A DNA stretch of 64,000 nt. Source: Camelus ferus (Eukaryota). Below the pieces are notes generated by a model. The model saw only the letters and a list, made by a program, of their open reading frames with translations. It made no database searches and had not been told where the DNA came from. The DNA is taken from assembly GCF_009834535.1 (NCBI RefSeq), contig NC_045696.1, positions 61,816,001 to 61,880,000 of the forward strand, given 5' to 3'. How positions within the stretch are numbered: the stretch's first letter is position 1; every line of letters begins with the position of its first letter. The position numbers were made by a program, and so were the translations under genes. Of this stretch, positions 24,926-38,119 are shown in pieces.

Positions 24926-27489
24926 CAACACAAGAGACCATTTTTTTAAATCTCATGTTGATAAGACATTTTAAGCATGGTGGGAAACTCAAAAGTAATA
25001 AAAATGTACTAATTTGATTCCATAAATGTTAAATGAATTAAAGGTCATCAGTAGGGAATTGATTAAAATGTGGCAAATCAACTTAATGGACTACTAGATT
25101 GTTTTGAATTGACTTAGGAAAAATAAAATTCATGTATTGAATGGAAAAAAGTGGCTTCAAGAAGAGTGAGTATAGTTTGCTGTTTACATGTTTCAGACAT
25201 ACATGTTCATAAGGGCAAAAAATTTCTAAAGGAATTACGGATTGACTGCCATTTTATTTTAAAATGTTTATGGTCCTATGTTAGGAAAAAAACTACTTAA
25301 AGCTTGTTCCCATTTCAAGTTTATAAGAGTATTCAATCCTATTTTCTTCTCGACTGTTAATGTGTTATTTTTACATTTAGCTGTTTGGTAAAAGGAAAGA
25401 CGGATCCTCACCTCATTCTTTACACCAAGATGAATTTCAACTGTGAATAAAATGTTTAGTCAGTAATTCTAATACTGTTTACTGATTAATTCATCTTTTC
25501 CCCATGATTGCCGCTTGCCATTTGGATCCCTTTCTAGTTGGTTTCTCTCCATAATAACACTGTTGTGCTTTAATTACTGTAGTTGGTTTTATAGTTCAAC
25601 GGACTTGGCCCTCCTCCTCTTCTCTCTTGCTCCTATTCACCTCTTTCCTTAAAATCCTTACCAAAAATTTCTAGGAATTTCCTACATTTTTGTTGCACAA
25701 TGAATTTGGGGTTTATTTTTAAATTAAACGAACAATGGTGTTTGATTTATTGCATTATATTAATAGATTAATCTAGGGAAAATTGCATTCATTTCAATCT
25801 GGAGTTTTCCTGTTCAAAAAACAATTACTCCATTTATTGACCTATGTCCCTTACTAAAATTTGGTAGTGTTTTACACATTCCTTAAGTTTATTCTTCGAT
25901 ATCTTACACCTTTGTCATTTGTGGTGGGACCTTTCTGATGTGTATTGTATGTTTTAGGAGAACCAAATGGCTGCATTTCTTGTGTGCACAACACAATGAA
26001 CACCTTTCCACTTATAGGGTGGGATGTGACCCAAGTCAGTTGTCTAAAGAAAAAACTGTCCACTACAGTTGATTTAACATGATGAGTAATTTAACTTCTA
26101 AAATAACATCTCAGTTTTTGTTTTTCATATTATTACTTTTTGTACTTTCAGGATAGAATATAATTCAAACTCTAGTTGTTGTTTTGTTTTTTCCTAACAT
26201 TTTATCCTTTGTTTCTTGGTCATATTGAAATTTTAGTACTTTTGGAGTAAAAGAAATTGTGTGTTCCAAATGTTTTTTCCTTTTTGGTTCCTTGGTTTGG
26301 TAAAAGCAAGTGGATAAAGAATAATGAATTTAACTCTTTTTAAGAAGTCTGTGTTCTGGCCCACGGATATTAAAAGGGAAAGGTAAAGTGAAGAACTAAG
26401 TTGTTTATGTAGAGAAAAGATAATAGGTATTTCCTGCTTAGGAGGTGGCACAGCATAGTAGTTAATGGCTCAGTTTCTGTTGTCGCATAACCTACAATCA
26501 TCTTAGTTCTGCCGTGTGTTCGTTAAGGGTCCTTGGGGAAGTTACTTAACCTCCTGTCTCCATTTGTAAAGTAGGGATGCTTTCTAACACATAGGATAGT
26601 TAAAAGGATGAAATGAGATATGCTAGTGCTCGTCTTATGAGTGCTTTTTAACTGTTGTTTTACTTCTGGTCCTAGTGAGATAATGGTGTGCATCAGAGAG
26701 ACGTCGTTAGGGTTCTCTTTGAAGATCAGGTAGGGTCTTTCTACTGCGTTAGGAGTCCATGTTTATCATCTGAAAATGAAAACAAAAATATAGATTAAGA
26801 GGAAAAATATAACAACTTAACCCCCTCCCCTCCCCCAGATACTACCATCCAGAAATAACATTGTTAGTGAGGACACTCTTGTTACATGTTTGGAATTGGA
26901 GTCCATGTCCCTTTGATAGAGGAGACTGCTTTCATATTTGGAGGGTCTCAATTAAGGTTGCTGGACCTAAAGTTTAATTTTTTGTTATTAGGGGCATTAC
27001 TTTTTATAAAATTTATTCCTTAAATGCAGTTTCTCAAATGTTAGGATTCCTTATCGTCTGTTGAGGTCCATTCTCCCATGTAGACACAAGGCTCTGCTTG
27101 GATAACTATAAGGTATGATACAGTAAACACTACACGGAAACATAGGCTCTGTTCCTAGTTTGGAAGTCCCAAATCTTCACCTCCTACTCTGGCTAAACTG
27201 GAGCACAGAACTCCCTTTCTGTTTTCCTTATGCGTAAAGCCTAGACCAGAACCATACATAAGCAAGCACCTTTTTCCTGCTTACTACATCCTACCTTTGC
27301 TCTTGTCTTAAGCCTTTCAAATTGAGAGCCACTCTGGTGGGAGACTGACAGGAGGAAAAAAAGGTTTTTCACACTTTTCTCTGTCCTCTCCCTTAACAAA
27401 ACACTCCATTCCCAGTCACTCTGTTGTGATTATTCCTGTTCATTCTGTATTGATGCATAGCAGGGGCCATTCTTCAAGTTAGAAAGGGG

Positions 27490-27596
27490 GCTGGATGTGA
27501 ATATATGTGTATATATATGCATGACTGGGACATTGTGCTGTACACCAGAAATGGACACATTTTAACTGACTGTACTTTAATAAAAAAATTTTTTTA
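27490..27596 (+). mobile_element. Very short L1 3' end
   Basis: tgtgctgtacaccagaaatggacaca...actgactgtactttaataaaaaaa, homologous to 1575-1670. Confidence 0.7.
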
Positions 27597-28542
27597 AAGG
27601 GAAGGCAGATAAAATAAGTGGCTAACAGTCTTTATTTTTTCCATCTTAACTCAGTGGACTTAAATGTGGGACTGATGGTTAGCCAGACTGTTGCTCTCCC
27701 CACTCAGCATCAGTGAACAGCCTAAGTCATACACTTCTCTGAACCTCTAAGCCTTCCCTCAGCTTCTTTATATTTACTTAGAAGTAATGGCCTGGTTTTA
27801 TTTCCTAGGGTATTTTTAGGTATATTTCTTCAGTGGATCCTCTTGGAAGCCATTAAAATGCATATACATATTTAAATTGACCTGAAGACTATCCTATATA
27901 CTGACCAAGAAGTCATCCTTTAATTCTGTTTCCTCTTTTAAAATGTGCCTCACCAGCTGTTATCCAGTTAAGTTCACCTCACAGGGTTACGCAGTATCAT
28001 GAGTATAATAACTGTCAAATTGTATGTTACTAAAAATGCTTTAGAATTTGTCCCTTGTTATTAATAAGATGTGAAATTACACACCTTTGTCAAATAATAC
28101 AGTGACAGTGATCTCAATTAATTCCCTTGTTATTTTTAAAAAGATAACTTCTTTCGTTACTAAATGTGATAGACATATTTAACCAGGTGATTAAGCCCTT
28201 TAGATTTTACTCTTTAGGAGAAAGGATTCTTCTCCAAGGTTAAGCTACTAAAAAATGTCAATCTTTAGTTTCAGGTAGCCATTCTCTTTCTAACAATGCA
28301 TCAGTAACTTAAAACTCCAATGTGAAATCATGACCTAGAGTATTTCTAGATTGGAATGGTGAGGGCCTGATCCATTTCCTTTTTTTAAAAAAGATAACTT
28401 TAAAAATTTTTTATACAGTATAATACATGTAGCAGTGCTGGTTAAATGTATATTAAGTGTTGTGTATAGGTTAAGTATAGAGAGAATGACTTTACTGAAA
28501 ATGGCTTTTCCATCTTAATTTTTCTTCCTTCCTTTATTTAAG

Positions 28543-28648
28543 GATTCCTAGATGAGGTTATGAAGAAGTATGGCAGTTTGGTCCCACTCAGTGAAAAAGA
28601 TGTCCTTGGAAGATTAAAAGATGTCTTTAATGAAGACTTTTCAAATAG
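28543..28648 (+). CDS. SENP5: SENP5 exon 3
   Basis: (G)FLDEVMKKYGSLVPLSEKDVLGRLKDVFNEDFSN(R); AG/GT boundaries; phases match neighbours. Confidence 0.95.
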
Positions 28649-28802
28649 GTTTGTTAATGATGCTTAAGTTAAGCCCTTGAAAATAAAATTGTTGACATAT
28701 ATGACTTTTCTCTTGATTAAAGAAAAAGATACTTAGCAATAAATCGAGTTGAACTTATGTGTTTTTTTTTTTTTTCCTTTTCTTTCAAAATATTTGTTTC
28801 AG

Positions 28803-28941
28803 AAAACCATTTATCAATAGGGAAATAACAAACTATAGGGCCAGACATCAAAAGTGCAACTTCCGCATCTTCTACAATAAACACATGCTGGATATGGATG
28901 ATCTGGCAACCCTGGATGGTCAGAATTGGCTGAATGACCAG
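28803..28941 (+). CDS. SENP5: SENP5 exon 4
   Basis: KPFINREITNYRARHQKCNFRIFYNKHMLDMDDLATLDGQNWLNDQ, containing the Ulp1-family WLND motif. Confidence 0.96.
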
Positions 28942-29203
28942 GTTAGTGTATTGTAGATTCTCAAAGTGGAAAAGTTGCAGAGGATGTTGGACAATAAAAT
29001 ATAATTGATAACCTCTGGGTTGGTCTCACAATTATCTTTTGGAATCAAGGATTCTTTATTGCTTACTGAAGTGACTTATTCATTAATCCCAGTATCCAAA
29101 AGGCTTGATTACTATTAGCAGTATCAATATGTTATTCATTCTGAATGGGGCATTCTGAATTGGATAGGGGTTAGTGAGCTGGTTTTATGTTGACTTTTTG
29201 TAG

Positions 29204-29251
29204 GTCATTAATATGTACGGTGAGCTGATAATGGATGCAGTCCCAGAAAAA
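29204..29251 (+). CDS. SENP5: SENP5 exon 5
   Basis: VINMYGELIMDAVPEK; tag|GTC and AAA|gtaagt. Confidence 0.95.
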
Positions 29252-29874
29252 GTAAGTGAAAATTTTCTCTTAATTCAGGAGGGTCCTTGTATATTAAAGG
29301 ACTTTTGTTTTGTTTTGTTTTTTAACTATATAATTATTTGATATTTCTTAGATTTTTAGAAAACATTAGGTTTTGTCTTTGTCTTGTGCTAGGGTTGGGC
29401 ATAAGTTCTGTAAAGTCATGTCAGCATAAGAAAGTCATGATCCCAGTGTTTTCCTGCTTATTTGTTTCGGAGTGGATTTTTTTTGATATCTTGAGGAGGC
29501 TTTTTTTTTAAGTAGGGAGATGCACAAAAGGGATTATTTGATTTACGGTTTTAAATTTAGCTTAATGTCTTACTCCCTTTAAAAATGTAGTAAAGTAGTA
29601 TTCATTTTCATTTTTTCTTGGATTAGTCTTTGATAGTTCAAATACAGACCACCCCCCTTAAACTCTAAAATTCCCTTAAGACCTTAATTACGCATCAGAA
29701 CTTTTAAAAAATTTAATATGTTAATTTTTCTTTCTGAGTGTTTAAATTCCCTGATGGGCAGCCTTTGATTTCAACAAGCAAAACCTTTCAAGTTCTTCCT
29801 TTTTCAAGGTCTGTCTTCCCTCGATCCCTCCCTCCCTCCCTCGCTTCCTCCTCCCCCCACCACCTTCCCTTCTT

Positions 29875-29950
29875 GTAGGTACTGGGGATTGAACCCAGGA
29901 CCTTGTGCATGCAGAGCACGTGCTCTGCCACTGAGCTATACCCTCCTCCC
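29875..29950 (-). mobile_element. tRNA-derived SINE (Vic-1-like)
   Basis: ggtactggggattgaacccagg...ccactgagctataccctcc. Confidence 0.85.
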
Positions 29951-30273
29951 TCCAAGTACTTTATAAACTTTTATAAATCTAATAATTTAGACAGGCAAAT
30001 ATAATGAATCTCAGATTCCAACACTACTTTATGAATATAGACAAAATGTCTGACATTCCACTTAAAAATCACAAATTTGTTATGCATTTTAAATTGAAAT
30101 GAGGGTAGTCTGTCAGATTCTTTAATATGTCTAATTCTCTTAATCATCAGTTTAAATCTAAACACATACAGATGATTTTTAATATAAAGTATTAATTTCA
30201 GGGGTATAATTTCCCTTCATAACTGCTACATTTAATTCTAAACCTTCATTGGATTAAAAGGACACTTAATAAG

Positions 30274-30695
30274 GCAGTGGTTTTCCAAGTGTAGTCCCCA
30301 GACCAGCAGCATCAGTATTACCTGGGAATTTACTAGGGATGCAGATTTTTGGACTCTAGCCCACATCTACTGAATCAGAAACTGGAGGTAGGGCCCAGCA
30401 ATCTATGTTTTGACAAGCCTTTCAGATTCTGAAGCCCTCGAAGTTTGAGAATCACTGCTCTAGAGATAGCCAGAATCACTACACCCTTTTTATTGATATG
30501 TAGAGGTGCGTGGTTCTCAAAACAAATGTGTAACAGAATCGTCAGAAACCAGATTGCTGAGCCTCACTTCAGCCTCACCTCAGAGTTTCTGCTTTATTAG
30601 GTCTGGAGTGGAGCCTGAGAATTACATTTTAACATGTTCCCAGGTGATGCTGATACTGCTGGTCTGGTGACACATCCTGAGCACCTCAGCACTAA
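30274..30695. mobile_element. Two adjacent MER5A-like hAT elements
   Basis: cagtggttttccaagtgtagtccccagaccagcagcatc...gtttgagaatcactgct; second copy from tggttctcaaa to ttcccaggtgatgctgatactgctggtc. Confidence 0.7.
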
Positions 30696-31298
30696 GGGAT
30701 CAGTTTTACCATCTCAAGAGAGTCAGTTACTGAGTGAATACTTTAAGACCACAGTATGTTTACTCTCAGGTGAGCTGATACTAATTTATAAGTCAGAAGT
30801 TTGAAAAAGCCAAGGATGCAGGCTGTGATGCCGTATGACCAAGTAATTCTTTCAGTGCTAGAAATGATCACGCTAAGGCCTTTTTATAGTTGTGACTACA
30901 GAGTCTCCAAATCCACATCCTTCAGTTGGGGTTAGTTTTGGAATCCACATCCCTTGAGTTCAAGGTATTATTACCTCATTCTTTCATAGCCTCTTTCAAA
31001 TTTATCACCTAATTTGAAGAGATTTATCAGGTTGCTTTTTTACATGATTGGATTCAGGTAATCTATTTACTTCCCCATTCCACTTCTGACTACACCCCAC
31101 AGCTGTAAGGTCATTCTAATGAAAATTTGAAAGTCTTCTGTGAACTGAGTAATACATTTTGGTCATTATTCTTAAGAAGAAGCTTTTCCTCATTTTTATG
31201 TTTATCTTACATTGAGAGATTTTTAAAATTTCCGTTTCTTTTGACGTTAAATCTGGGTACAGCTTAATCTGAGTGCTTGTATTTGATATCTCTTCTAG

Positions 31299-31376
31299 GT
31301 TCACTTCTTCAACAGCTTTTTTCATAGACAGCTGGTAACCAAAGGATATAATGGAGTAAAAAGATGGACTAAAAAG
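31299..31376 (+). CDS. SENP5: SENP5 exon 6
   Basis: VHFFNSFFHRQLVTKGYNGVKRWTKK; AG/GT boundaries. Confidence 0.96.
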
Positions 31377-31899
31377 GTATTCTATTTCTTTTTTATTCTA
31401 AATTTGAAATGCAGATGATAAGCCACTTTGAGTGGAAGGACAACTTTAATGCCAATATGATGTTAATTAGAAACAGACTCTAATGTAAGTTTTTTATTGT
31501 TTCTTTTAAATCTTTTTGTTTGAAAGACAAGACACTTGAGTCTTGAGCCTACCCAGTTGACTGGAATATGCTATAACAGAAAGCCTGGGCTGGAAGTAAA
31601 TAGTTCTGACAATGCTATTAGCTTGCTGTGCAACTTGGAAAAGACACTTAATTTGGGCTTTAGATTGCTTATTTATAAAACAAAATGATAAATCACAGTA
31701 ATCCCTAAGGTTCCTTCCAACCTTAATTTCTCTCTATATTCATTGATTTGTCAGAGACATTTTAAAAGCCACCTTATATTCTGTTTTTGATATTTTGGAA
31801 AAAATTACCAGCAGATTCAAATTCCACAATCATTGTTCTAGAGATATTGTAACTTCGCCTTTTACACTGAATGGGTTAGTGAAATTAAGAGTAAGTCTT

Positions 31900-32003
31900 G
31901 GGGCAGGGGAAATAGCTCAGGGATAGAGTGCCTGCTTAGCATGCACAAGGTCCTGGGTTCAATCCCCTGCACCTTCATTTAAAAAAAGAAAAAGGAAAAA
32001 AAA
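31900..32003 (+). mobile_element. tRNA-derived SINE (Vic-1-like)
   Basis: A and B boxes, A-tail, flanked by aagagtaag(t/a)ctt TSD. Confidence 0.88.
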
Positions 32004-32149
32004 GAGTAAGACTTACATTGTGGGTGGAAATAATTTTTTGCAAAGTTCGAATACCTGATTGAGCATTGCTTTGTAGCTAATATGTGCAAGGTGTCATCAG
32101 TAGTGCCAAGATAAATGAAATGTGGTTTAAGGGCGCAAATCTGGGGAAA

Positions 32150-32350
32150 TAGATATAATGAACTCAGGAGTCAGACCTGGTTCAGAGCCTAGTTCAGCTA
32201 CTTACCAGTTGTAAGACCTTGGGCAAATTACTTAATTTCTTTAAGCTTCAGTTTCCTCATCTTTAAAATAGGAATATTAATGGTATTTACCTTGTTATGG
32301 GAATTAAATGAGATAATGCATGTAAACTACTAAGCACATGGTAAACAGTA
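32150..32350. mobile_element. MIR SINE
   Basis: MIR core gaccttgggcaaattacttaatttctttaagcttcagtttcctcatctttaaaatagg. Confidence 0.75.
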
Positions 32351-32911
32351 AGTGGTGATCTTTTTCATATTATGATGGTAGAAGCATGGGAGACTAGTGT
32401 AGCTGGAATGCAGAGAGCAAAGAAGAGAGTGGCATGAAGTAGTCTGATTGAGACATGTAGGGCCTTAAGGTCTATGTGTTGAATTTTATCCTAAATGTGT
32501 AAGAATCTCTTGAAGGGTTCTAGGTAACAATAGCCAACTTGTAGTCTGCTCTAGCGGCACTGAAGATGATGGATGACTGTGGAAGCAAAGTTGTTGTGGG
32601 TAGAATAGGAGGCCACTGAAGATTTTAGAATGGTAGCAGGAGAGATGAGTGATGTACACAATTATGAGTGTGATCTAGGAAGTAAAACTAACAGGCTTGG
32701 TGGAGTTTGTTATGAGGATGAAGGAAAAAGAAGTGTCAAAGATGACTTCCAGTTATGGGTTTGTGCCACTGGATGGGCTGTGGTGGTGTTTATATTAGAA
32801 AAATTGAGGACAACTAATTAGTAGGGGACTGGTCAAATTAAGATTATACACTCATATAGTAGTATGTAGCTGAGGAAAGATAAATACATATAGTATGGAG
32901 TAGAGAAAAGA

Positions 32912-33348
32912 AATATTATTATGGGTTTGGTTCCAGACCACCACAATAAAGTAAGTCACCGAATTTTTTGATTTCCCAGTGCATGTAAAAGTTATATTTA
33001 TACTGTATTGTATTAAGTTTGCAATAGCATTATGTCTGAAAAAATAACATACATACCTTAATTAAGAAGTATTTTATTGCTGAAAAATGCTAACCATCAT
33101 CTGAGCCTTTGGTGAGTTATAGTAGTAGTATCAAAGATCACTGATCCAGATCACCATAACAAATATAATAATAATGAAAAAATTTGAAATATTGTGAGAT
33201 CTACCAAAATGTGACACAGATATGAAATAAAGAAATGTTGGAAAAATGGCACCAATAGACTTGCTCAGTGCAGGGTTGCCAAAAACCTTCAATTTGTAAA
33301 ATAAAAACACAATATCTGCAAAGTGCAGTAAAACAAAGTATGTCCTGT
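32912..33348 (-). mobile_element. Internally deleted Tigger1-type DNA transposon
   Basis: Both Tigger1-like ends present: ggttccagaccaccacaataaag at left; minus-strand ttacaaattgaaggtttttggcaaccctgcactgagcaagtctattggtgcc at right. Confidence 0.75.
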
Positions 33349-33389
33349 AAATAGCATGGAAAAATATATACTCATGGAATAATATCTGA

Positions 33390-34560
33390 ATAATAAACAT
33401 AAGAATGAAGGAATAAAGTCAAGTATAAATTTATGAGTCATTTCATTAAATAGAATTAAATTGTTCCATTCTCTGGATCCTCTCAGACTGGATTAAATCA
33501 CAAAATCCAACTATATGCTGTATATAAGAAATAAACATAAGATAATATAAAAAAGAAAGCTTGAAAACAAGGTGACAGGTGAAGAGGTACAAGGCAAATA
33601 CAAACTAAAAGAAAGAAGTGGCAGACAGAAAAAGGAATAGCAGTATTAACAGCAGATGAGGTAGAATTTAAGGTGAAAAGTACACTGATAAAACTTCTGT
33701 ACATAGAAGATATAACAGTATTAAAGAAACAAGGAGACCTTGATAAACAGGTCTTGATAGTGGAAGGCCTCTCATAGTTGAACAATCTAGTAGACAAAAA
33801 ATAAGATCATAAATAAAAATTATACAACTAACATATTTGGATTAATAGATATTTACTAGATCTCTATACCCCTCAAAAAGAGAATAAATATACATTTATA
33901 CCTGCATCTAAGGAACATTTGTAAAAATTGATCATGTAAGCTGGCCACAAAGAAAATTACACACACACTTTCTTGAGCACAATTAAGTCAAATTAAAAAT
34001 AAATAATAAAAGATGACTAAAAAACCTTAACTGCAAAATTTTACATATGATATAACCCTTGGACCTAAAAGAAAATAAAAAAGGAAATTATATACAAACT
34101 TTCTAGGAAGGGATGGAAAGGGGAACACATCTTACCAAACAACTATGGAACGTAATAAAGCTGTTTTGAGGAAAAAATAATGGCCATAAATGCCATTATT
34201 ATTAAAAGATGAAAAATAGAAGAATTAAGTACTCACTAAATTAGATTACATTGAGATAAATTACAGAATGACCAAGGATTTGAATGCAACAAAACTTACA
34301 CAATGAAAGTACTAAGAAAATCCATAACAAACTTTTAGAAACTACTCTGAGAGTAGCAAATTCCATTCTAAGTATAGCTTAAAACTCAGATGGTATAAAA
34401 GAAAAACAAATTAATTCAAATTTACATAAAAAGACAAACAGGAAACTAGGGAAAATATTTACAGCTCATATATTTCTTAATATATAAAGGGCTTCTACAA
34501 TCAATAAGAAAAAGACCTCACCAACTCAATAGAATAATGGGTTAAATGACATGAATGAAA
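33390..34560 (+). mobile_element. Old L1 ORF2 fragments
   Basis: Degenerate endonuclease-region motifs (gactggattaaa...ccaactatatgctg; ggaacatttgtaaaaattgatcatg). Confidence 0.55.
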
Positions 34561-34566
34561 AATTTG

Positions 34567-34689
34567 AGGGTGGGGGGTGTAGCACAGAGGTAGAACGCAT
34601 GCTTGGCATACATGAGGTCCTGGGTTCAACCCCCAGTGTCTCTGTTAATGAGGAAAAAAATAAAAGTAAAAAAATTAATAAATAAAAAA
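34567..34689 (+). mobile_element. tRNA-derived SINE (Vic-1-like)
   Basis: gtagcacagaggtagaacgcatgcttggcat...gggttcaacccccagt plus A-tail. Confidence 0.8.
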
Positions 34690-34704
34690 GTTTGTAGTAA
34701 AGAA

Positions 34705-35995
34705 AGGCTTATTATTGAGTTGTTCTGGATATAAGTCCTTTGTCAGATCTGTGTTTTGTGATTATTTTCTCTGTCTGTGGCTTTTCTTATTTCTTAAACA
34801 TGCCTTCTGATGGAGATTTTTAATTTTGATGGAATCTAATTTACCATACTTTTTTTTTTAATAGTTCTTTCTTTCCATATCCAGTCTAAAAATATTTGCC
34901 CTATATGTTTTCTTCTAATAGCTTTATAATTCTAGGTTTACATCTCGGCTACATCTCAATTTTTGTGTAAGACATAAAGTAGGGATCAAGGTTCTTTTTT
35001 TTTTTTTTTCTTCCTCCTCCATATGGATATCCAGTGTCATTTGTTGAAAAAGCTTCTCTTTCCCAGTTTAATTGTTTTGGCATCTTTGTAGAAAGTCGAT
35101 TGACCATATATGTGTTGGTCTATTTCTGAACTTTATGTTCTCTTACACTGATCTCTTTGTTTTTACCATACTGGCTTGATAACTGTATTTTTATAGTATG
35201 TCTTAAAATCGGTGTAAGTGGCCAGCTTTAACCTTTTTCCAGATTGCTTTGGCAATTCTTGGCCCTTTGTATTTTCATATTCATTTTAGAATCAGCTTGT
35301 CAATCTGTGTTTTTAAAAAACTTGCTGGATTATGATTGGGATTGTGTTTAATCTATATATTCATTTGGGGAGAATGGACATTTTAACAATATGAAGCCTT
35401 CCAGTCCACAAATTTAGTATATTTTCCATTTATTGTGTCTTTAATTTTTCTCCGCAACGTGTCATAATTCCTAGTGTACAGATCTTGCATGTATTTTTAA
35501 AAGTGTATCCCTAAGAATTTTCTACTTCTGAAGCTGCTATAAACAGAATTTTTAAAATACTATCTTCCAGTTGTTTGCTGTTAGTATATAAAAATACAAT
35601 AGATTTCTGTATATTGACCTTGTATTCTGTGACTTGCCAAACTCACTCACTGGCTCTAGCTAGTGAGTTTTAATTCTTCCTTTCTAAACTGTATGCCATT
35701 TTTTTCTTGGCTTACTGCACTGGGTAGGACTGGCTAGTACATTGTTGAATAAAAGTAATGAGAGAGGACACCTTTGCCTTGTTCTTAATCTTAGGAGGAA
35801 AGCATTCAGTTTTTCACTATTATTTATGAGGTCAGCAGTAGGTTTTTTGTAGATGTTCTTTATCAGGTTAAGGAAGTTCCTTCCCATATATGGTTTGCTG
35901 AGAGTTTTTAATCATAGATGGATGTCGTTTTACCAAATACTCTTCCTGTGTCTAAGGAGATGATCGTATGTTTTTTTCCTCTTTATTCCTTTAAT
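34705..35995 (-). mobile_element. L1 ORF2 (RT region) fragment, antisense
   Basis: Peptide FLNLIKNIYKKPTADLINNSEKLNAFLLRLRTRQRCPLSLLLFNNVL is a degenerate L1 RT segment. Confidence 0.8.
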
Positions 35996-37620
35996 GGGAC
36001 CCAGACTGAAGGAGCAGCACCTAATCTAGAGACATGCCAGTCTCAGGGCCACATGATGGCTCTTGAAGCTTCAGCTTGGTCTTGACATAACTTCATTTCT
36101 CTTTACATTGCATTGGTTAAAGCAAATCATATGACTGCTTTTCTCCCCACCGCGAGGGGCAGTAGGCAGTTGTGTATAATTCTTTTATAGGGAGGACAGA
36201 CAGCAAATAATTGGGGTCAGTAATACAGTCAATCACACACATCATTCTTAATTATATGGATACGGTTGTGTGAGTGTTTGTGTGTGTGTGTGTGTGTGTG
36301 TGTGAAAATATATTAAAAAGAAGAAAAAGATCTGGAAAGATACATACTTAACTGTATCTTTTCATCTGTATTTTCTAATTTTTATTTTTAAATTGTTTTT
36401 ATAATTTAAGTTTCTTTTTGAGGAAAATATAAATTTGTTCTCATTTAATACTGTATTTTAAACATGATTCTTGGTTTAGATACTCAGAATTTTTGAGTTG
36501 GAAAGGACCAATTGTCTGTCCTATTTAATATTTCCTTCTGTTTACCTCACCTCCCAGGTTTATGGATGCTGAAACCAAAAAACAGAAGTGCTAATGTGCT
36601 TTGTACCAAAGCCATGTAGACTAGTAGAAGGTTCATCTAGAGCAGGACATTATCTGAATGTAAGAAAGCAAGGAAAGCTTGAGAAATAGTTTCTAAGAAT
36701 CTGTTATAGTTTAAAATAGCCTTGTAATTGTTTTAACCCAAAGAATCACCAAGATACAAAAAACATCTGAAAAAAAGAAATCCATTCACTCTTTTATGAA
36801 TGTTTATTGAGTACCTACTACTTCATATCCAATCCACAACTTGGTTTTTGACTGGTACAGTGAATATTTCTAGATTTTAAAGAATATGTATTAGGATATG
36901 AAGGATGAGTTAGGATGTAAAGGATGTATAAAGAATTAAGTATACTCAACATCTGAGAGACCCATGGTAGTAATAATGATCTAAGATTTATTGGCTACAA
37001 ATAATGCACCAAGCACACTTTTGTGCATTTTACATGTATTATCACTCTCACCAACTTCATAAGCTGGGTACTATTGTTATCTATATTTTATAGTTGAGGA
37101 AATCAAGCACAAAGAAGCTATGAAAAATGCTAAAGTTATCTAGTCAATAACTGAAAGAGCCACAATTTGAACTTGACCAGACTCACTTCAGAACCCATGA
37201 TCTTAACTACTACACCACATCTGTGGAAAGATAGAAGGCGAATAGATGGCTGTGCTGTTTTCTAATACCATGATTCCTTCCTAATTAAGAATTGATTCTA
37301 GGTCAAATATGTATGTAAGAAAATTAGTTAAGCTTAAAAATAAGGGGCTAGATCATATTATGTAATTGATAAGCACAGGTTTAGCGGGTTAAATGAAAAA
37401 CAGTGCTTTCTGTATCTTCAGTTTTCTTATTGTTATGTGTTACAGCTTAGTAGTTATAAACAGGGCTTTAGACTAAGATCTGGGCTCATATTCTGGCTTC
37501 ATCACTTCCTAGTTTTATGACTGAGTAGGTCAAAGGTCAGTAAATGTAAGCTGCTGTTTATTGTTACTGGTTTTGAAAACCTGTGGTGATGACTCCATTT
37601 TTTCCCCTTTTCTTGATCAG

Positions 37621-37758
37621 GTGGATTTGTTTAAAAAGAGTCTTCTGTTGATTCCTATTCACCTGGAAGTCCACTGGTCTCTCATTACTGTGACACTCTC
37701 CAATCGAATTATTTCATTTTATGATTCCCAAGGCATTCATTTTAAGTTTTGTGTAGAG
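37621..37758 (+). CDS. SENP5: SENP5 exon 7 (catalytic His and Asp)
   Basis: VDLFKKSLLLIPIHLEVHWSLITVTLSNRIISFYDSQGIHFKFCVE; HW and YDS motifs of C48 peptidases. Confidence 0.97.
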
Positions 37759-38119
37759 GTAAGTTAATATACTGCACTTTTTTTCCATTTATCTTGTGAT
37801 TAACCAAATGGTATCTTAGCTCTGGACAGAACAGCATAAGTCAGTACCATGGATGATCAGTTTCTGTCATGTCATGCCAAAATGTTGGCAGAGAAAAGGA
37901 CTACAAGAGGAATCTCCAGGTGGGAAGAGGTAGTGGTCTATGATCTGGATCCTTCTCTGAGATACATGCTGTTTGGATTCTGTCAGATTTTTGTTCTTTT
38001 CTTTCCCTTAAAACTACATTTTGAACGTGGATAGAAGTCATTTTCTTTGGTTTCTCTTAGAGCCAAAATTGGCTTGTATCTTCAAAATAACTTCTGTAGA
38101 ATGAGAATCAGCTGGCAGT